A stretch of 64,000 nucleotides of DNA from Spirochaetia bacterium (GCA_034520965.1 JAXHMY010000002.1:384001-448000); one strand, 5' to 3'. Shown: positions 9,006 to 20,420, numbered from the stretch's first letter. Translations and numbers: made by a program. The notes: a model not told the origin generated them from the sequence alone.

Positions 9006-10349
9006 ATGCGCCGGTATTCGATTTACAAAAGAAAAAACCGCCCCAACTACTATGCACAGATACTCAACTCTAACACAGGGCAATATTTACCACCAAAGAG
9101 CACCGGAAAGACAGAGAAGAGCGAGGCGCTCCTCGTCGTGGCCGACTGGCTAAAAAACGGACTCCCGGACGGGCCGACCCGCCGCCGAATAGGCGAAGCA
9201 GTCGATGTGGACACAATCCTCTACCACGTCCGTAAGGCTGAGCTGACTACCGGGGACGCCCAGCGCATCGTTGACGCCCTACAGAGCCGTGGATTGATCG
9301 AATCGGCAACTATGGCCGGATACGGGGCCGACTCGGAGTCCTTATTCGATTTTCTCACACGATTATGGGATTACGACAGCTCGCCGTATGTGAAGGAAAA
9401 AATCGCTTACGGGCAATCGATCGGGCGGCGGCATTGCTACGAGCAAAACAATCGCATTACCTATTGGCGTCATTTTTTTGGCGAATCAACCCGGCTGCGC
9501 GACCTGACCCGTGAAGGGCTTGAGTCTTTCCAGCTTTACTTAAAAACAGAAAAAGGCCTGGCATCCAATACCGTGAATATGATCCTAAAAGTAGGAACTG
9601 TGGCCTTTAATTGGGCAGAGAATAAAGAGATCATCGCCTCGAATCCAGCGACGGGACTCCGTAAGTTTTCCGAAAACAATAAAAAGCGAGGGATACCAAC
9701 ACCTTTCGAGGCTAAAAAACTGTTCTTCCTCGAATGGCGAGACGAACGGGCCCGTGTTGCCAACCTACTCGCGATGACCACAGGAATGCGCATGGGCGAG
9801 ATATTGGCCCTTCGTCGCAATGATGTAGAGCAGGACCGCCTCCGCATTAAACATGCGTGGAGCTTCCAAGATCGGCTCAAAGCGCCTAAAAATGGCGAGA
9901 CGCGAGCCGTCCCCCTTCTCCCTGCGGTGCGCACTGAGATGCTAAAACTAGCCGACACGAACCCTCACGGCGATGGCTTTATTTTCTACAGCGATAAACC
10001 AGGGCAGCCGGTAGATGGCAAGGTATTCAATAGGGCACTAAAGCAGGCGCTTGTCGATATGGCCCTGGACCCCGATGATCGCGGAGATCAAGAGAAGCGA
10101 AAGAATGCGGCCAAAGAGGTGCGGGAGCGAAACATCACCTTTCACTCTTGGCGTCATTACTTTGCCGCTAACCTGGCCGACAAGATCGATCTGCGCACGG
10201 TGCAGCTAGCCACAGGACACAAATCCGGCGTCATGGCAGAGCACTACGCATCGCATGCCCATGAGGGGCACTTCCGGGAAATATCGCAAACCGTGGGGGA
10301 TGTATTCGCTAACGTCATACCCTTCGCAGGCAGTGAGAGCACAGGGTGA
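9006..10349 (+). CDS. Tyrosine recombinase (phage-type integrase)
   Basis: Catalytic set R (TTGMRMGEILAL), K (KAPKNG), HxxR (FHSWRH), H (ATGH), Y (AEHY). Intact ORF next to attL; GGAG before ATG 9006. Confidence 0.95.
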   Translation: MRRYSIYKRKNRPNYYAQILNSNTGQYLPPKSTGKTEKSEALLVVADWLKNGLPDGPTRRRIGEAVDVDTILYHVRKAELTTGDAQRIVDALQSRGLIESATMAGYGADSESLFDFLTRLWDYDSSPYVKEKIAYGQSIGRRHCYEQNNRITYWRHFFGESTRLRDLTREGLESFQLYLKTEKGLASNTVNMILKVGTVAFNWAENKEIIASNPATGLRKFSENNKKRGIPTPFEAKKLFFLEWRDERARVANLLAMTTGMRMGEILALRRNDVEQDRLRIKHAWSFQDRLKAPKNGETRAVPLLPAVRTEMLKLADTNPHGDGFIFYSDKPGQPVDGKVFNRALKQALVDMALDPDDRGDQEKRKNAAKEVRERNITFHSWRHYFAANLADKIDLRTVQLATGHKSGVMAEHYASHAHEGHFREISQTVGDVFANVIPFAGSESTG

Positions 10350-10836
10350 CGGAGTATGCCAGGAGTAAAAGTTGAACCCTAGGGGCTTGTAATATCTACC
10401 CAGCGGAGTGAGAATGAACAATCAATCCCCTTCAAGCGGGAGGAGCTCTCCGTTATCCGGGTAATGGCACTCCTTCCAAGACTTCTCCAAGCTGTTTGTC
10501 TACGCTGACGATGCACCCGTGAGTGTAAAAGCTATAGATTCATTTCCAAATAATAATACCCAGTGCAAAGACTACCCCCCGATACCTGAGCCTCTCAATT
10601 GATATCCGAAAAGTTAATTCTCACTTTCCAGAAAAGTAAAGCCCGCTGAAAACGGAGGTACCCATACAGCATAAAACTGTATCCGCACCTATGCTCTATA
10701 GTCGTTTTCAATAGGCTGAATTCGGGTGTGGCGTGATGGGGGTAGAATCTCTATATTCTTGATGGAAGGGAAAAGAGAGGCTTGAATACTTTTGACACCA
10801 AAAAGCTTTCACGAGGTTATAGGAGGAATTAAAACG

Positions 10837-11022
10837 ATGACTAAGTCTGAAGACAATGAAGCATTACTAACGTATAAGGAAATTGCCAGTTACCTTCGCA
10901 TCAGTCCTGTCACTCTACGTCGATATGTTTCAGAGGGGAGAATCCCCTATTTAAAAATCGGGCGATCAGTTCGATTTCGAAAAGAACATGTTGATACTTG
11001 GTTAGAAAAAAACAATCACTGA
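10837..11022 (+). CDS. Excisionase-family HTH protein
   Basis: LLTYKEIASYLRISPVTLRRYVSEGRIPYLKIGRSVRFRKEHVDTWL, a classic Xis/HTH_17 pattern; AGGAGG RBS. Confidence 0.88.
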   Translation: MTKSEDNEALLTYKEIASYLRISPVTLRRYVSEGRIPYLKIGRSVRFRKEHVDTWLEKNNH

Positions 11023-11039
11023 AATAGAGAGGTAGTTTT

Positions 11040-11225
11040 ATGGATAAACATAACGAGAAGGTATTAAACCAGGAAATTGAGCGTTTGAAAAATGAAATCC
11101 CACGTATTCTGTTTGGGTCAGTGGCAATTACACTGACCCTGCATGAGGGGCGTGTCTCGCGGGTAGAACATCACCGTTCGATAAAGGAAACCGTTCCACA
11201 AGCAAATGACAGAAGTGATTCATAG
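11040..11225 (+). CDS. Small DUF2292/YezD-like protein
   Basis: ILFGSVAITLTLHEGRVSRVE resembles the FGSV-I-IHDG-V pattern; GAGAGG RBS; co-oriented with xis. Confidence 0.5.
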   Translation: MDKHNEKVLNQEIERLKNEIPRILFGSVAITLTLHEGRVSRVEHHRSIKETVPQANDRSDS

Positions 11226-11320
11226 GGGTGGGAAGCCGAAATTGGAATGTTTGCCAAGCTCGGTAAAACATAGCAATACGCAAAGCCAGTATAATCTGAG
11301 CTTCAGTTCATACAAGGGGG

Positions 11321-12624
11321 ATGATAGTGAGTCGAAATCTATATGAGACAGGAAAAGCAGTAATTCTTATGAAACAGCTCAAACCGTATTACAGCAAATA
11401 CCGTATACAGGTAAATGGTCAGTGGCGGACAAAGGAAATACCAAAACCAGTTTTGAGGTGCGAGACTCTCCGCAACTTCGAAAACAGCATACTTGATAAC
11501 TCGGTGACAGCTTTCTACCCTTCGACTACCACTAAGGTTATTGCTCTTGATATTGATGATCATGAGGGGCAAGCGTGGGTTTGGTGGAAATCCTTCCAAG
11601 AAACTCAGTCAGTGCTTTACTCAAATTTATAAGGAAATTGGTGGAGAACCTTCAATTTTGGTTCGTTCTCCCCACGGAATGCACGCATTCTATCTTCTCA
11701 ACGAGCTGCTGCCCGGCCAACTACTTCAGGAGCTTACCGAACGGCTTCTAAAAGGGGTTGAGAACGTCGAGGTCAGATGTGGTGCTAAGAGGACAACACG
11801 GGTACCGGTTGAAAAATACTTACTCAATCCGTTTACGTGTGCTCCATGGGTGGATGGAATGTATACGGCGATGCGCAATGCCCGCCGTTACCACCCCTCC
11901 GAGTTGTTTGGGTTTGATTATTTACCGGTTTCGGACTCGAGAGGGAGTTCGAAGAAACGGGATATTCCGGCTAAAAAACACAGTTGTATCCAAGAAGCTG
12001 AAAACCGTCTTCTCCCGTTCGTCAATTACGCAACGAACGACACTTTTCTTGAGTTATGTAATATATACCGGCGCTCCGGACTTACTGAACAGGAGGCCAC
12101 CGAAAGGATGGTCGCCGCAGTGGAACGCAGTCCTCGATATACGAGAGACCTTCGAAACCCGAACATAGTGCGCAGGAGGGTCCGTTGGGAATACGAAAAC
12201 AACAAGAGTTTCGAACCTGAAAAGTCAAATTAATCCTCGAACAAGTGAGTCGCACGAAGAGAATCGTAGGCTTGCTGAGGCCATTGCCCAGCACCATCCT
12301 TGGGCTCCGCAAGCGACGAAGGCGGTGGTACGATTGATTACCGGCATGCTAAACATGGCCGACGAGACCGAAGCGGAGTTGGAGTTCGAGCCAGAAGATG
12401 CAGCTATGAAAAATTACTTATACAGTTACCATTTTTATAATATTAGACGCGGTTACTATCCGTTCCCAAGCACCGCCTTGAAGAAACTGCATGGGGGCTA
12501 TTCAAAGGTGATCAAATGGCTCATTAGAATCGGATTCTTGGAACCAGCACCCTTCAAGTACTCCACTATCAGCCACACGTGCATGCACTATCGCATCAAC
12601 CGCGATTGCTTTCCACTTGAATAG
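11321..12624 (+). CDS. AEP-superfamily primase/replicase-like protein (three frameshifted pieces)
   Basis: VIALDIDDH (DxD motif I), RSPHGMHAFY (SxxGxH motif II) and a helical PriCT-like segment (NDTFLELCNIYRRSGLTEQEATERM). Pieces are 11321..11632, 11541..12233 and 12325..12624. Confidence 0.6.
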
Positions 12625-12641
12625 ATCTCTACTAAACAATA

Positions 12642-13122
12642 AACATATTCGCAAAGGTGCGGGGCAAATACAAAGAGGCTGTTGCAGTGAAGATCAAGCA
12701 TATTTGGAATCAGCCGGATGAACAGTCAGCCAGGGAGTATGCAAAACTGATAATGGATGAGTTGGAAAAACGACACCCAGATGCAATGAAAACTCTCGAA
12801 GAAGGACTTTAAGACTCGCTTCAATTTTATGCTTTTCCTAAAATCGATCAACGCAAAATATCATCAACGAATATGCTTGAACGAGTGAATCTGGAAATAC
12901 GTCGTCGTTCAAGAGTTGTCGGAATCTTCCCTTCCATCGATTCTTACATCAGATTAGTCTCATGCTATCTGATAGAATACACAGAAGACTGGACAACCGG
13001 GAGATGCTATATTAAAAAGGAAGTACTGGATGAGCAACGTGAGCTTATCCTGAAAAAAGCTGCTTAATCCGTATAGGAGGAAAGTGGCTCCAAATGAAAT
13101 TGCGAACTAAGTTGGACACCAA
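12642..13122 (+). mobile_element. IS256-family transposase remnant (3' part only)
   Basis: NIFAKV...KIKHIWNQPD...EEGL*DSLQFYAFP...ISSTNMLERVNLEIRRRSRVVGIFPSIDSYIRLV. In-frame TAA at 12810; 5' part missing; right boundary approximate. Confidence 0.85.
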
Positions 13123-13636
13123 CGGAATTTGTGGGAATAGTTGGAGAGTCAATTTTATAAAGTCGATCATATGCTCTAATGTTATTTACAATTTTTTCCC
13201 TAATTTTAGCAAAAATCTATTTAATTCTTTTACAGAGAAAAATAACTTTGAATGTGTAGTTTATTATGACTATACTTCAAGCCATTGAACGGTTAGTTCA
13301 AAGTGGGTTTATGTCAAAAATGTTAATTCTTATCGAAGTTGAAGCTATCATTACCATGACGGAGGCTCATATGTTCGAAAAACTTGAGCCGCCTATAGTA
13401 TATAGCTTCCTCCGGTTTCTCAAGCAACGGCGATTCACATTTAAAAGGTTATCAGTGTTGCAAGAAAAGTCTAACTAACTTTTCTACTGCCGTCTTATCC
13501 AGCATGTATGAGCCTATTGAGGCAATTATCTATTCAATGGTTACTAATATCAAATTGTGAGTATCAGCAACATAGCTATCGAATTCGAACTCTGTCACCT
13601 TTAGGGCACCTATAAATAGCTTCATTGGGGAAAATA

Positions 13637-14599
13637 TCATGGATACACCGAAATACTATCAATCAAGAGGTTTATAAACTCTTCTACATTAATTGTGATT
13701 CCAACCTGTGCATTTGGCTTCTGAGGTGGAACTATTGCATCAGTTTCTCCAAAGGTCAAAGTGTCAGGCAGGTTTCGCTGATCACATACGGTCATCCCTC
13801 GTGTGAGTTTCCCTTGGAGCTCAACTGCTACATGCATCTGCTTGAACTCTATCAATGAAGGGTCGATCAACCAAGCAACTGCACATGGATCATGTAGAGA
13901 AGCACCTCTTAGACCAAATAGTTTTCTTACTCGTTCAGTGTAAAACGTTAAAAGTTCGGCTATCGCCTTACCCGTGTTACTCCCAAGGCCTCTAAATTTT
14001 TCAATCACCGATTCATCTGCATAGGTTTGTCGAGTCAAGTTTAGCCCTACCATTTTTATTGGAATCCCACTTGTGAATACTATATGTGCAGCCTCAGGAT
14101 CACACCACACATTGAGTTCTGCTACCGGTGTTGAATTACCAACCATCGTAGTCCCGCCCATTAAACTTATCTCTTCAATCTCTTCAACTATGCTTGGGTC
14201 TTTTCTTAATGCTAAAGCAATATTTGTGAGAGGACCTATTGGCACGAGTGTAATCTTTTTATGAGCATGTGCCATTTCAATTATAAAATCCGAGGCATGA
14301 CCATCTCTAGGGGATCTCCTGGGTTCAGGTAAGACAGGACCATCCAAACCACTCTTACCATGAGCATAAGAACCGTACCTGGTTTCCTGCACCAGAGGTT
14401 TTCCATTACCTTTGATCACAGGAACATCAACAAGTTCAGCCAATTCTAATAACTGTAAAGCATTTCTGGTTGTTTTCTCAACCGCCTGATTACCAAAAAC
14501 AGTTGTCACTCCCAAAAGATCAAAGTGTTGTGCCGCAAGCAGAATGGCTAAGGCATCATCATGCCCCGGATCGGTATCGACAATTATCTTCCTCTTCAT
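13637..14599 (-). CDS. Nucleoside hydrolase (IU-NH/Rih family)
   Basis: DTDPGHDD, HGKSGL, IGPLTNIA, LMGG, AELNVWCDPEAA, LHDP. Confidence 0.93.
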   Translation of the reverse strand: MKRKIIVDTDPGHDDALAILLAAQHFDLLGVTTVFGNQAVEKTTRNALQLLELAELVDVPVIKGNGKPLVQETRYGSYAHGKSGLDGPVLPEPRRSPRDGHASDFIIEMAHAHKKITLVPIGPLTNIALALRKDPSIVEEIEEISLMGGTTMVGNSTPVAELNVWCDPEAAHIVFTSGIPIKMVGLNLTRQTYADESVIEKFRGLGSNTGKAIAELLTFYTERVRKLFGLRGASLHDPCAVAWLIDPSLIEFKQMHVAVELQGKLTRGMTVCDQRNLPDTLTFGETDAIVPPQKPNAQVGITINVEEFINLLIDSISVYP

Positions 14600-14630
14600 A
14601 ATTTCCTCCTAAGTTAAAATAATTCTATTT

Positions 14631-15482
14631 TTATTTGAAACCAGTAGATACCGCGCTTCTTGTGTAGTACTTTTGCATAAAAATGTATAAGAGCATTGGA
14701 ACTGCAGTAGCCAGTGTGGTTGTGCCAAATAATCGTCCCCATTCGATCTCCTGAAATGTTATGTTTCTTGCAATAGCAACCTGCACAACTACATAATCAG
14801 GAGAACTAGTGGCGACCAGTGGCCAAAAGAAAGCCTCCCATTGAAAAATAAAAAGAATAAGCGCTCCACTCAGCACTGCCGGATAGGCCAATGGCAACGC
14901 AATCCTTCTGTAAATACCGAACCAAGAAAGTCCATCGATTCTTGCCGCATCAAAAAGGTCTTTAGGAATCGATGCAAGAAATTGTCTGAACATAAATATC
15001 ACCAAGCCGTTTGCTACTGAAGGCACTATAAGAGCGGCATAGGTATCGAGCCACCCGATGGCCTTTACCAGCACATATAAAGGTATGACAATTGATTCGA
15101 TAGGCATCATAAATGTAAGAAGAACTAAAATAAATAATATATTTTTTCCTTTAAAATTAAAAACTGCAAATGCGAAACCTGCTGCAGAATTGACCAGTAC
15201 TCCAAATACGGCAGTGGTTAGAGAGATATATAGTGAATTAAATAGAGCCCGAGGGAACTTGCTTTGAGTGAATATATATCTGTAGTTGTCAAAGGTTACA
15301 GTCTTAGGAATGAATGTCTGTATGCTCAACTCTCTTGTGTATTGGAAGACCGAGCCAGATGGACGAATCGAAGAAACAAAAAGCCATACCAAGGGGAGCA
15401 GCATGATTAATGCAATTACCACCATTATTATATAACGAATTACTTGGGTGCTCGAAAATCTCGCTCTTTTCGTTCTTAACAT
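14631..15482 (-). CDS. Carbohydrate (CUT1) ABC transporter permease
   Basis: Multiple TM segments; EAA loop IPKDLFDAARIDG. Confidence 0.92.
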   Translation of the reverse strand: MLRTKRARFSSTQVIRYIIMVVIALIMLLPLVWLFVSSIRPSGSVFQYTRELSIQTFIPKTVTFDNYRYIFTQSKFPRALFNSLYISLTTAVFGVLVNSAAGFAFAVFNFKGKNILFILVLLTFMMPIESIVIPLYVLVKAIGWLDTYAALIVPSVANGLVIFMFRQFLASIPKDLFDAARIDGLSWFGIYRRIALPLAYPAVLSGALILFIFQWEAFFWPLVATSSPDYVVVQVAIARNITFQEIEWGRLFGTTTLATAVPMLLYIFMQKYYTRSAVSTGFK

Positions 15483-15487
15483 TCGAC

Positions 15488-16348
15488 TTACTCCTCTTGC
15501 CTCAATACTCTCAATTCAAAGAATGCAAACACACCTATTATCATTAAAATGACAGTTGAGATGGATAGTGAGCGTCCTAAGTCCAGCAAAACGAAGGCAG
15601 AACGATATGCCTCGTACATGAGTAAACTTGTAGAGCCGAGAGGACCTCCTTTGGTAATGATATATATTGGTGCAAAAAACAGAAAATTGACAACTGTATC
15701 CGCTATAAGAACAAATGCCAAAGAACGTTTCATGAGCGGTAGGGTTATTCTTTTTAGAATCGTTCCACCGCTTGCCCCATCGATCCGAGCTGCCTCATAC
15801 AATTCATTCGGTATATCATTCAGGCCAACCAGGAGGAACATCATCCAGTATCCCACACCCTTCCAACTCGCCAGCCAGATAAGTGAACCGAGGGCTTGGT
15901 TTGGACCCGTGAAGAAAGGCTGCATAGACAATCCTATAGAGTTGAGAGCTCCGTTAACTAAACCGATGTTAGGATCAAGCATCAGCTTCCATAGTATTGA
16001 AGCCACCGCCAAAGATGTGGTCATAGGCAGAAAGTAAGCGGTGCGGAAAAACCCTACTCCGAAGGTTGAACGGCGCACTAACAGAGCAAGGAAAAATGCG
16101 ATGAGAACCTGAAGTGGATTGATGAAGAGGTTGAATCTTATGGTAAGATTAGTTGAGTGCCAAAACTTTGATTCACCAAACAATTCTATATAATTAGACA
16201 GTCCGGTGAACACCGTTTCTCCCTGCAGGGTTTGCATGGTAAAGCTGCCAAAGACCGAAACAAATATCGGTCCAAGCCTGAAGATCGCTAAACCTAAGAG
16301 CGCGGGAAAGATAAAATAATATGGTGTCCACCGACTGCTATTCAACAT
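15488..16348 (-). CDS. Carbohydrate (CUT1) ABC transporter permease
   Basis: FTGLSNY, WKGVGY, EAA loop IPNELYEAARIDGA. Confidence 0.92.
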   Translation of the reverse strand: MLNSSRWTPYYFIFPALLGLAIFRLGPIFVSVFGSFTMQTLQGETVFTGLSNYIELFGESKFWHSTNLTIRFNLFINPLQVLIAFFLALLVRRSTFGVGFFRTAYFLPMTTSLAVASILWKLMLDPNIGLVNGALNSIGLSMQPFFTGPNQALGSLIWLASWKGVGYWMMFLLVGLNDIPNELYEAARIDGASGGTILKRITLPLMKRSLAFVLIADTVVNFLFFAPIYIITKGGPLGSTSLLMYEAYRSAFVLLDLGRSLSISTVILMIIGVFAFFELRVLRQEE

Positions 16349-16387
16349 ACCCTTACAACCTTCCGAGTGTTCCGTATTTCAGATACA

Positions 16388-17679
16388 CTACTCGTATTTT
16401 TTTAGTGCGTTATCAATTTCCTTTGCCGCATCATTGAGTATATTTTCCACACTTTCCCCCACCTGTATGTCCTTAAAAGCTTTCATAAGAATATCTTCAT
16501 ATTCCCTATACCCAGGAGTTGCAGGACGGGGCTCAGCGGTGTTGTTTACCTCATACAGCATGATCTGCCATGGATCGGTATTAAACACATCTGCCGGTCC
16601 TTTTTCAAAAGTCTCATCTCGTACAGGCACATACCCTCTGAAGTCAAACCATTTGAGGCGTAGTTCAGTGTCAGTGGTCATATACTTAACAAATTTTTTG
16701 CAGCTTCCATATTCTTCGTTCGAGGATTAACCCCAATATGCCAGGATCCAGTAGAAGTAACCGGTTTCCCTTCTTCGAAATACGGATGTGGTGCGACACC
16801 CCAATTGAGATCAGGATAATCGTTCTCAAAACGTTTTAAGTCCCATGGCCCTCCTATGAAGAATGCCGTTCGTCCTGTACCGAATAACTCTGGGGACGTG
16901 CTGATATCCGTACCAACCGGTGAGACTTTCCATTTCTGAAAGAGATTCTGATAAAATTGAAAAGCCTCAATGAAGGTTTTTGAGTTCACATATCCGCTTG
17001 CCTTCAAACCATCAGGACTCAAAACTTCTGCTCCAAGTGACTGTGGAAGAGGAAGAAGTTGGTAAGGCCGATCGGTTTGTTCGAACACGACTCCCCACAC
17101 ATCTTTTGATGGATCCGCCACTTTCTGTGCAGCTTCTACGATTTTCTCCCAAGTCCATCAATCCTTTGGATTAGCGCTTGGAAGAGTTATTCCATGCTCC
17201 TTCAGTAGATCAGCGTTGTAGTAAAGTAATTGAGAGCTACTGGCAAATGGTCCAGAGTACAAACTTCCATTGTAAGTTCCTTGATCTATTGCCGCCTTGG
17301 TGAAACCGTTCAACAGTTCTCCATAGACAGGGTCAAGCTCTACCAGGTGATTTCTTACTGCATAGCTGGCGGTCAATGGCCCATCAACTATGTACAAATC
17401 TGGAGTGGCAGTCCGAGCATTGAGTCTGACATCAAGTGTTTGAAAGATCTCCGAGAATGGAACTCTTTCGTATTCAAGCTTTATGTTCGGGAATTGCTCT
17501 TCAAACATTTGCATAACCGGATCAACTTGATCCTCAGGCCATCCCATCCATACAATATTGAGCGCTACCTCCTCCTTTACCTCACTGGGCTCCTTGGTTT
17601 CTTCAGTCTGCCCTCCTCCCATAACAGGCATGACAAATACAATAGCAAAGATTAAAAGTATGATTGACACCCTTTTCAT
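16388..17679 (-). CDS. Sugar ABC transporter substrate-binding protein (three frameshifted pieces)
   Basis: Spirochaete-style leader (…VMGGGQTE), LYYNADLLKEHG, FGTGRTAFFIGGPW, WGVAPHP. Pieces are 17158..17679, 16678..17121 and 16388..16681. Confidence 0.87.
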
Positions 17680-17761
17680 CTTTTCCCCTTGCTACGCACC
17701 ATTAATTCTAATAGTGCTAACGTGTACAATTATATCTTCGATGCTACACATCGAAATAAAC

Positions 17762-18775
17762 TTAGTTACTCCTCGGTTGACTACAACTGCCTCGTATTAT
17801 GAGACTCGCATCTAAAATAATCTCCTGAGCTCCATTCAATCTATCGGAAATATCATCTAGTAAAAGTGTCATGGCATTTCTTCCAATTTCTATTGCTGGC
17901 TGCCGTACTGTAGTAAGCGATGCATACTTTGCGAAGGGAATATCATCATAGCCAACCACCGACACATCATCAGGAACGCTTAAACCCTTATCGGAAATAG
18001 CTTTCATTGCTCCGAAAGCTATCATATCATCGGCACAAAAAATTGCGGTAAAATACCTTCCCGAATCAAGAGCAGACATCACAAGAGAATAAGCCTTGTC
18101 AGCTTCAAAGGAATCCTCTATGACCATATCGTAATCAAGCTCTATATGATTCTCTTTCAGCGCTCGACAATAACCTGAAAACCTCTGTCCCTCGGTACTC
18201 TGTTTCTTAGAGCCACCCACATAGAGAATCTTACGATGCCCCAGATCTAATAAATAACGCGCAGAATGATAAGCCCCTAGCTCGTTGTTTGCCAAGACTC
18301 TTGGTGCATCAATGCCCTCCAGAAATCTGTCAGCAAACACTATGCTCCGATCTTCCGCTAGAAGTTCCTTTACACGCCTGATGTCGTTACCCTGAGGAAT
18401 AAGAATGATCCCAGGGAAATTATAGTCCAACAACACATTAAAGAGATCATTTTCACGGTCTATATCATTATCATAAGTAAAATAAACTATATCGTAATCA
18501 TGTTTGCGGGCTACTTCCTCAACTCCAAGAGTAAGGTGGTTAAAGAACGGATTTCTCCCATCGGGAATAACAATTGCTACTCTATTTCGCATATTTTTCT
18601 TTGCTTTTCTTGGCAGCTCTGCTTCGATGCCAAATTGCTTTGCTGCATCCATGACCCGTTTGTAGGTAGTACTGCTCACAGTGGTTTGTCGATTGAGCAC
18701 TCTGGAGACCGTGGACTCTGATACTCCAGCAAGGAAAGCTACATCGGACAGTCTTGCTTTTTCCTTTCTACTCAT
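17762..18775 (-). CDS. LacI-family transcriptional regulator
   Basis: HTH LSDVAFLAGVSESTVSRVLN; VPDDVSVVGYDDI; LTTVRQP. Confidence 0.95.
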   Translation of the reverse strand: MSRKEKARLSDVAFLAGVSESTVSRVLNRQTTVSSTTYKRVMDAAKQFGIEAELPRKAKKNMRNRVAIVIPDGRNPFFNHLTLGVEEVARKHDYDIVYFTYDNDIDRENDLFNVLLDYNFPGIILIPQGNDIRRVKELLAEDRSIVFADRFLEGIDAPRVLANNELGAYHSARYLLDLGHRKILYVGGSKKQSTEGQRFSGYCRALKENHIELDYDMVIEDSFEADKAYSLVMSALDSGRYFTAIFCADDMIAFGAMKAISDKGLSVPDDVSVVGYDDIPFAKYASLTTVRQPAIEIGRNAMTLLLDDISDRLNGAQEIILDASLIIRGSCSQPRSN

Positions 18776-18781
18776 GTATCA

Positions 18782-18810
18782 ACATTATTTTCTTTTCTGC
18801 AATCTGTCAA
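18782..18810 (-). promoter_or_regulatory. Sigma70 promoter of the lacI/ABC operon, probably leaderless
   Basis: TTGACA-17 bp-TAATGT, then only 6 nt to the ATG; no SD sequence. Confidence 0.6.
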
Positions 18811-18834
18811 GCTTTTTTTCATTTTTGCTTTTTT

Positions 18835-18856
18835 ATTGCAGCATTCTTGCTGCAAT
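18835..18856. promoter_or_regulatory. Palindromic operator candidate between lacI and the ribokinase gene
   Basis: Perfect inverted repeat ATTGCAGCA-TTCT-TGCTGCAAT in the divergent promoter region. Confidence 0.55.
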
Positions 18857-18972
18857 GTTACAATACTGATTGTTATAATCGAATAATTTCTATATACTGT
18901 GTCTATACTAAATAAGGTACTCGCGATGTGTTAGGATTATACTGAATGTTCGTTAGTAAAATGGAGGTGTAG

Positions 18973-19891
18973 ATGAGCTCATTCTGCGTTATCGGAAGTA
19001 TGAATATAGATCTCATAGCCCGAATAGACCAATTCCCGACAACAGGAGAGACACGCTTTGGTTCAAATTTTTTGATGCGTCCAGGCGGGAAAGGAGCGAA
19101 CCAGGCAACTGGACTTGCTCGCTTGGGCGCAGATGTAAAGATGGTAGGAAAGGTGGGTTCAGATGTCTTTGGCGAGCATTATACCCGCGCTATGGAAACA
19201 GAATCGCTTGATGCTCGATATGTGGAGAAAGAAAACAACATTTCCACAGGAGTAGCCTTGATCCAAGTCGATGATAATGGTAACAACCGTATTATCATCG
19301 TCGACGGTGCAAACAAATTGGTAGACATCCCCTTTATAGACCCAATCATTTCTAAGTTGAAAACGTGTGAGGTGTTTTTATTTCAACTTGAGATACCATT
19401 GGAAACTACTGTATACGGACTTAAAAGGGCAAAGGATATAGCGGCAACTACAATTCTAAATCCTGCACCCGCGTTAGAAATCCCGGATGAAGTGTACCCC
19501 GTATATCGACTTTCTTACTCCGAACAGAGGAGAGTTGTGCGACCTCTTAAACATGAGCATATCATCAAGTAGTGATGTTGAAACGGCATGTAAAAAACTG
19601 ATCTCACGTGGTATACAAACAGTGGTACTCAAGGATGGAAAAAATGGATGTTACATAGCCGATGGACAAAGTGCTCGCCATATCCCCGCCTTCGAAGTAT
19701 CAATAGTGGACACTACCGGTGCAGGTGATGCTTTTAATGCTGGATTCGCTTTCTCCATAGCAGAGGGTAACACCCTGGAAGAATCCGCCCATTTTGCAAA
19801 TGCAGTAGCAGCGTTGTCTTGCACAGCATGGGCGCACAATCGGCTCTACCCACTTATGAGGAAGTACTTACATTTCTTGAAAAATGAATAG
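18973..19891 (+). CDS. rbsK: Ribokinase (PfkB family; frameshifted)
   Basis: GSMNIDL, PGGKGANQA, QLEIP, LNPAP, TPN, VDTTGAGDAFNAG. Confidence 0.85.
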
Positions 19892-20324
19892 TTCCCTGCA
19901 GCCATCAACAACTTCGTTGAAAATTCCAATTAGATATCTTCTAAAACATATGCCTCGACTTGGCCGCACTATTACATTGTCAAAGAGTAGGTTTACGGAA
20001 ATCTATTCCTGAAATTAGTTAAACATATAAGAACATATGGATATGAGGGAAGGTTTTACCACTTAAAAATGACCTACTACTACGAAGATGAGGGAATGGT
20101 GTATTGGACAATGGTACCACCCCGGCCCCCCCCAAATGGTATCCCCCAGAAGAAGATATAGTAAACCGCTGTCCTAAAGAGAGCTACATAAAACCCCGGT
20201 CGTTCATTGTCTATGGGCTACCCTGTTCCCCGCTCCTCATATCCCTTTATCCCTTTATCCCCCTCCCCCATTGTTGTTAAATATGTAGCGTACTTCTGAA
20301 TAAGTTGGAGATAGAAGAGTTAAC

Positions 20325-20420
20325 TTGATGGACCAAGTGGTCGAGAGCAGAAACACGTGGGAGGTCTACAAGAGCATAGTGGCGAATAAGGGAAGCGCCG
20401 GAATCGATGAGATGACTTTA
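20325..20420 (+). pseudogene. Short remnant of a group II intron reverse transcriptase/maturase N-terminus
   Basis: LMDQVVESRNTWEVYKSIVANKGSAGIDEMT matches the LtrA-type LME.I...NL..AY..V..NKG..G.DGMT pattern. Similarity stops after about 30 aa; no YADD motif. Confidence 0.65.

Noticed and set aside
9006..10349. Integron integrase IntI
   Set aside because: I do not see the IntI-specific insertion; the position next to a tRNA att site and xis indicates a phage-type integrase.
13094..13478. Two short plus-strand ORFs after the IS256 remnant
   Set aside because: AT-rich, no recognisable motif, and the first overlaps the probable IS end.
20238..20262. ATCCCTTT short tandem repeat
   Set aside because: Only about 2.5 copies in a low-complexity pyrimidine tract.
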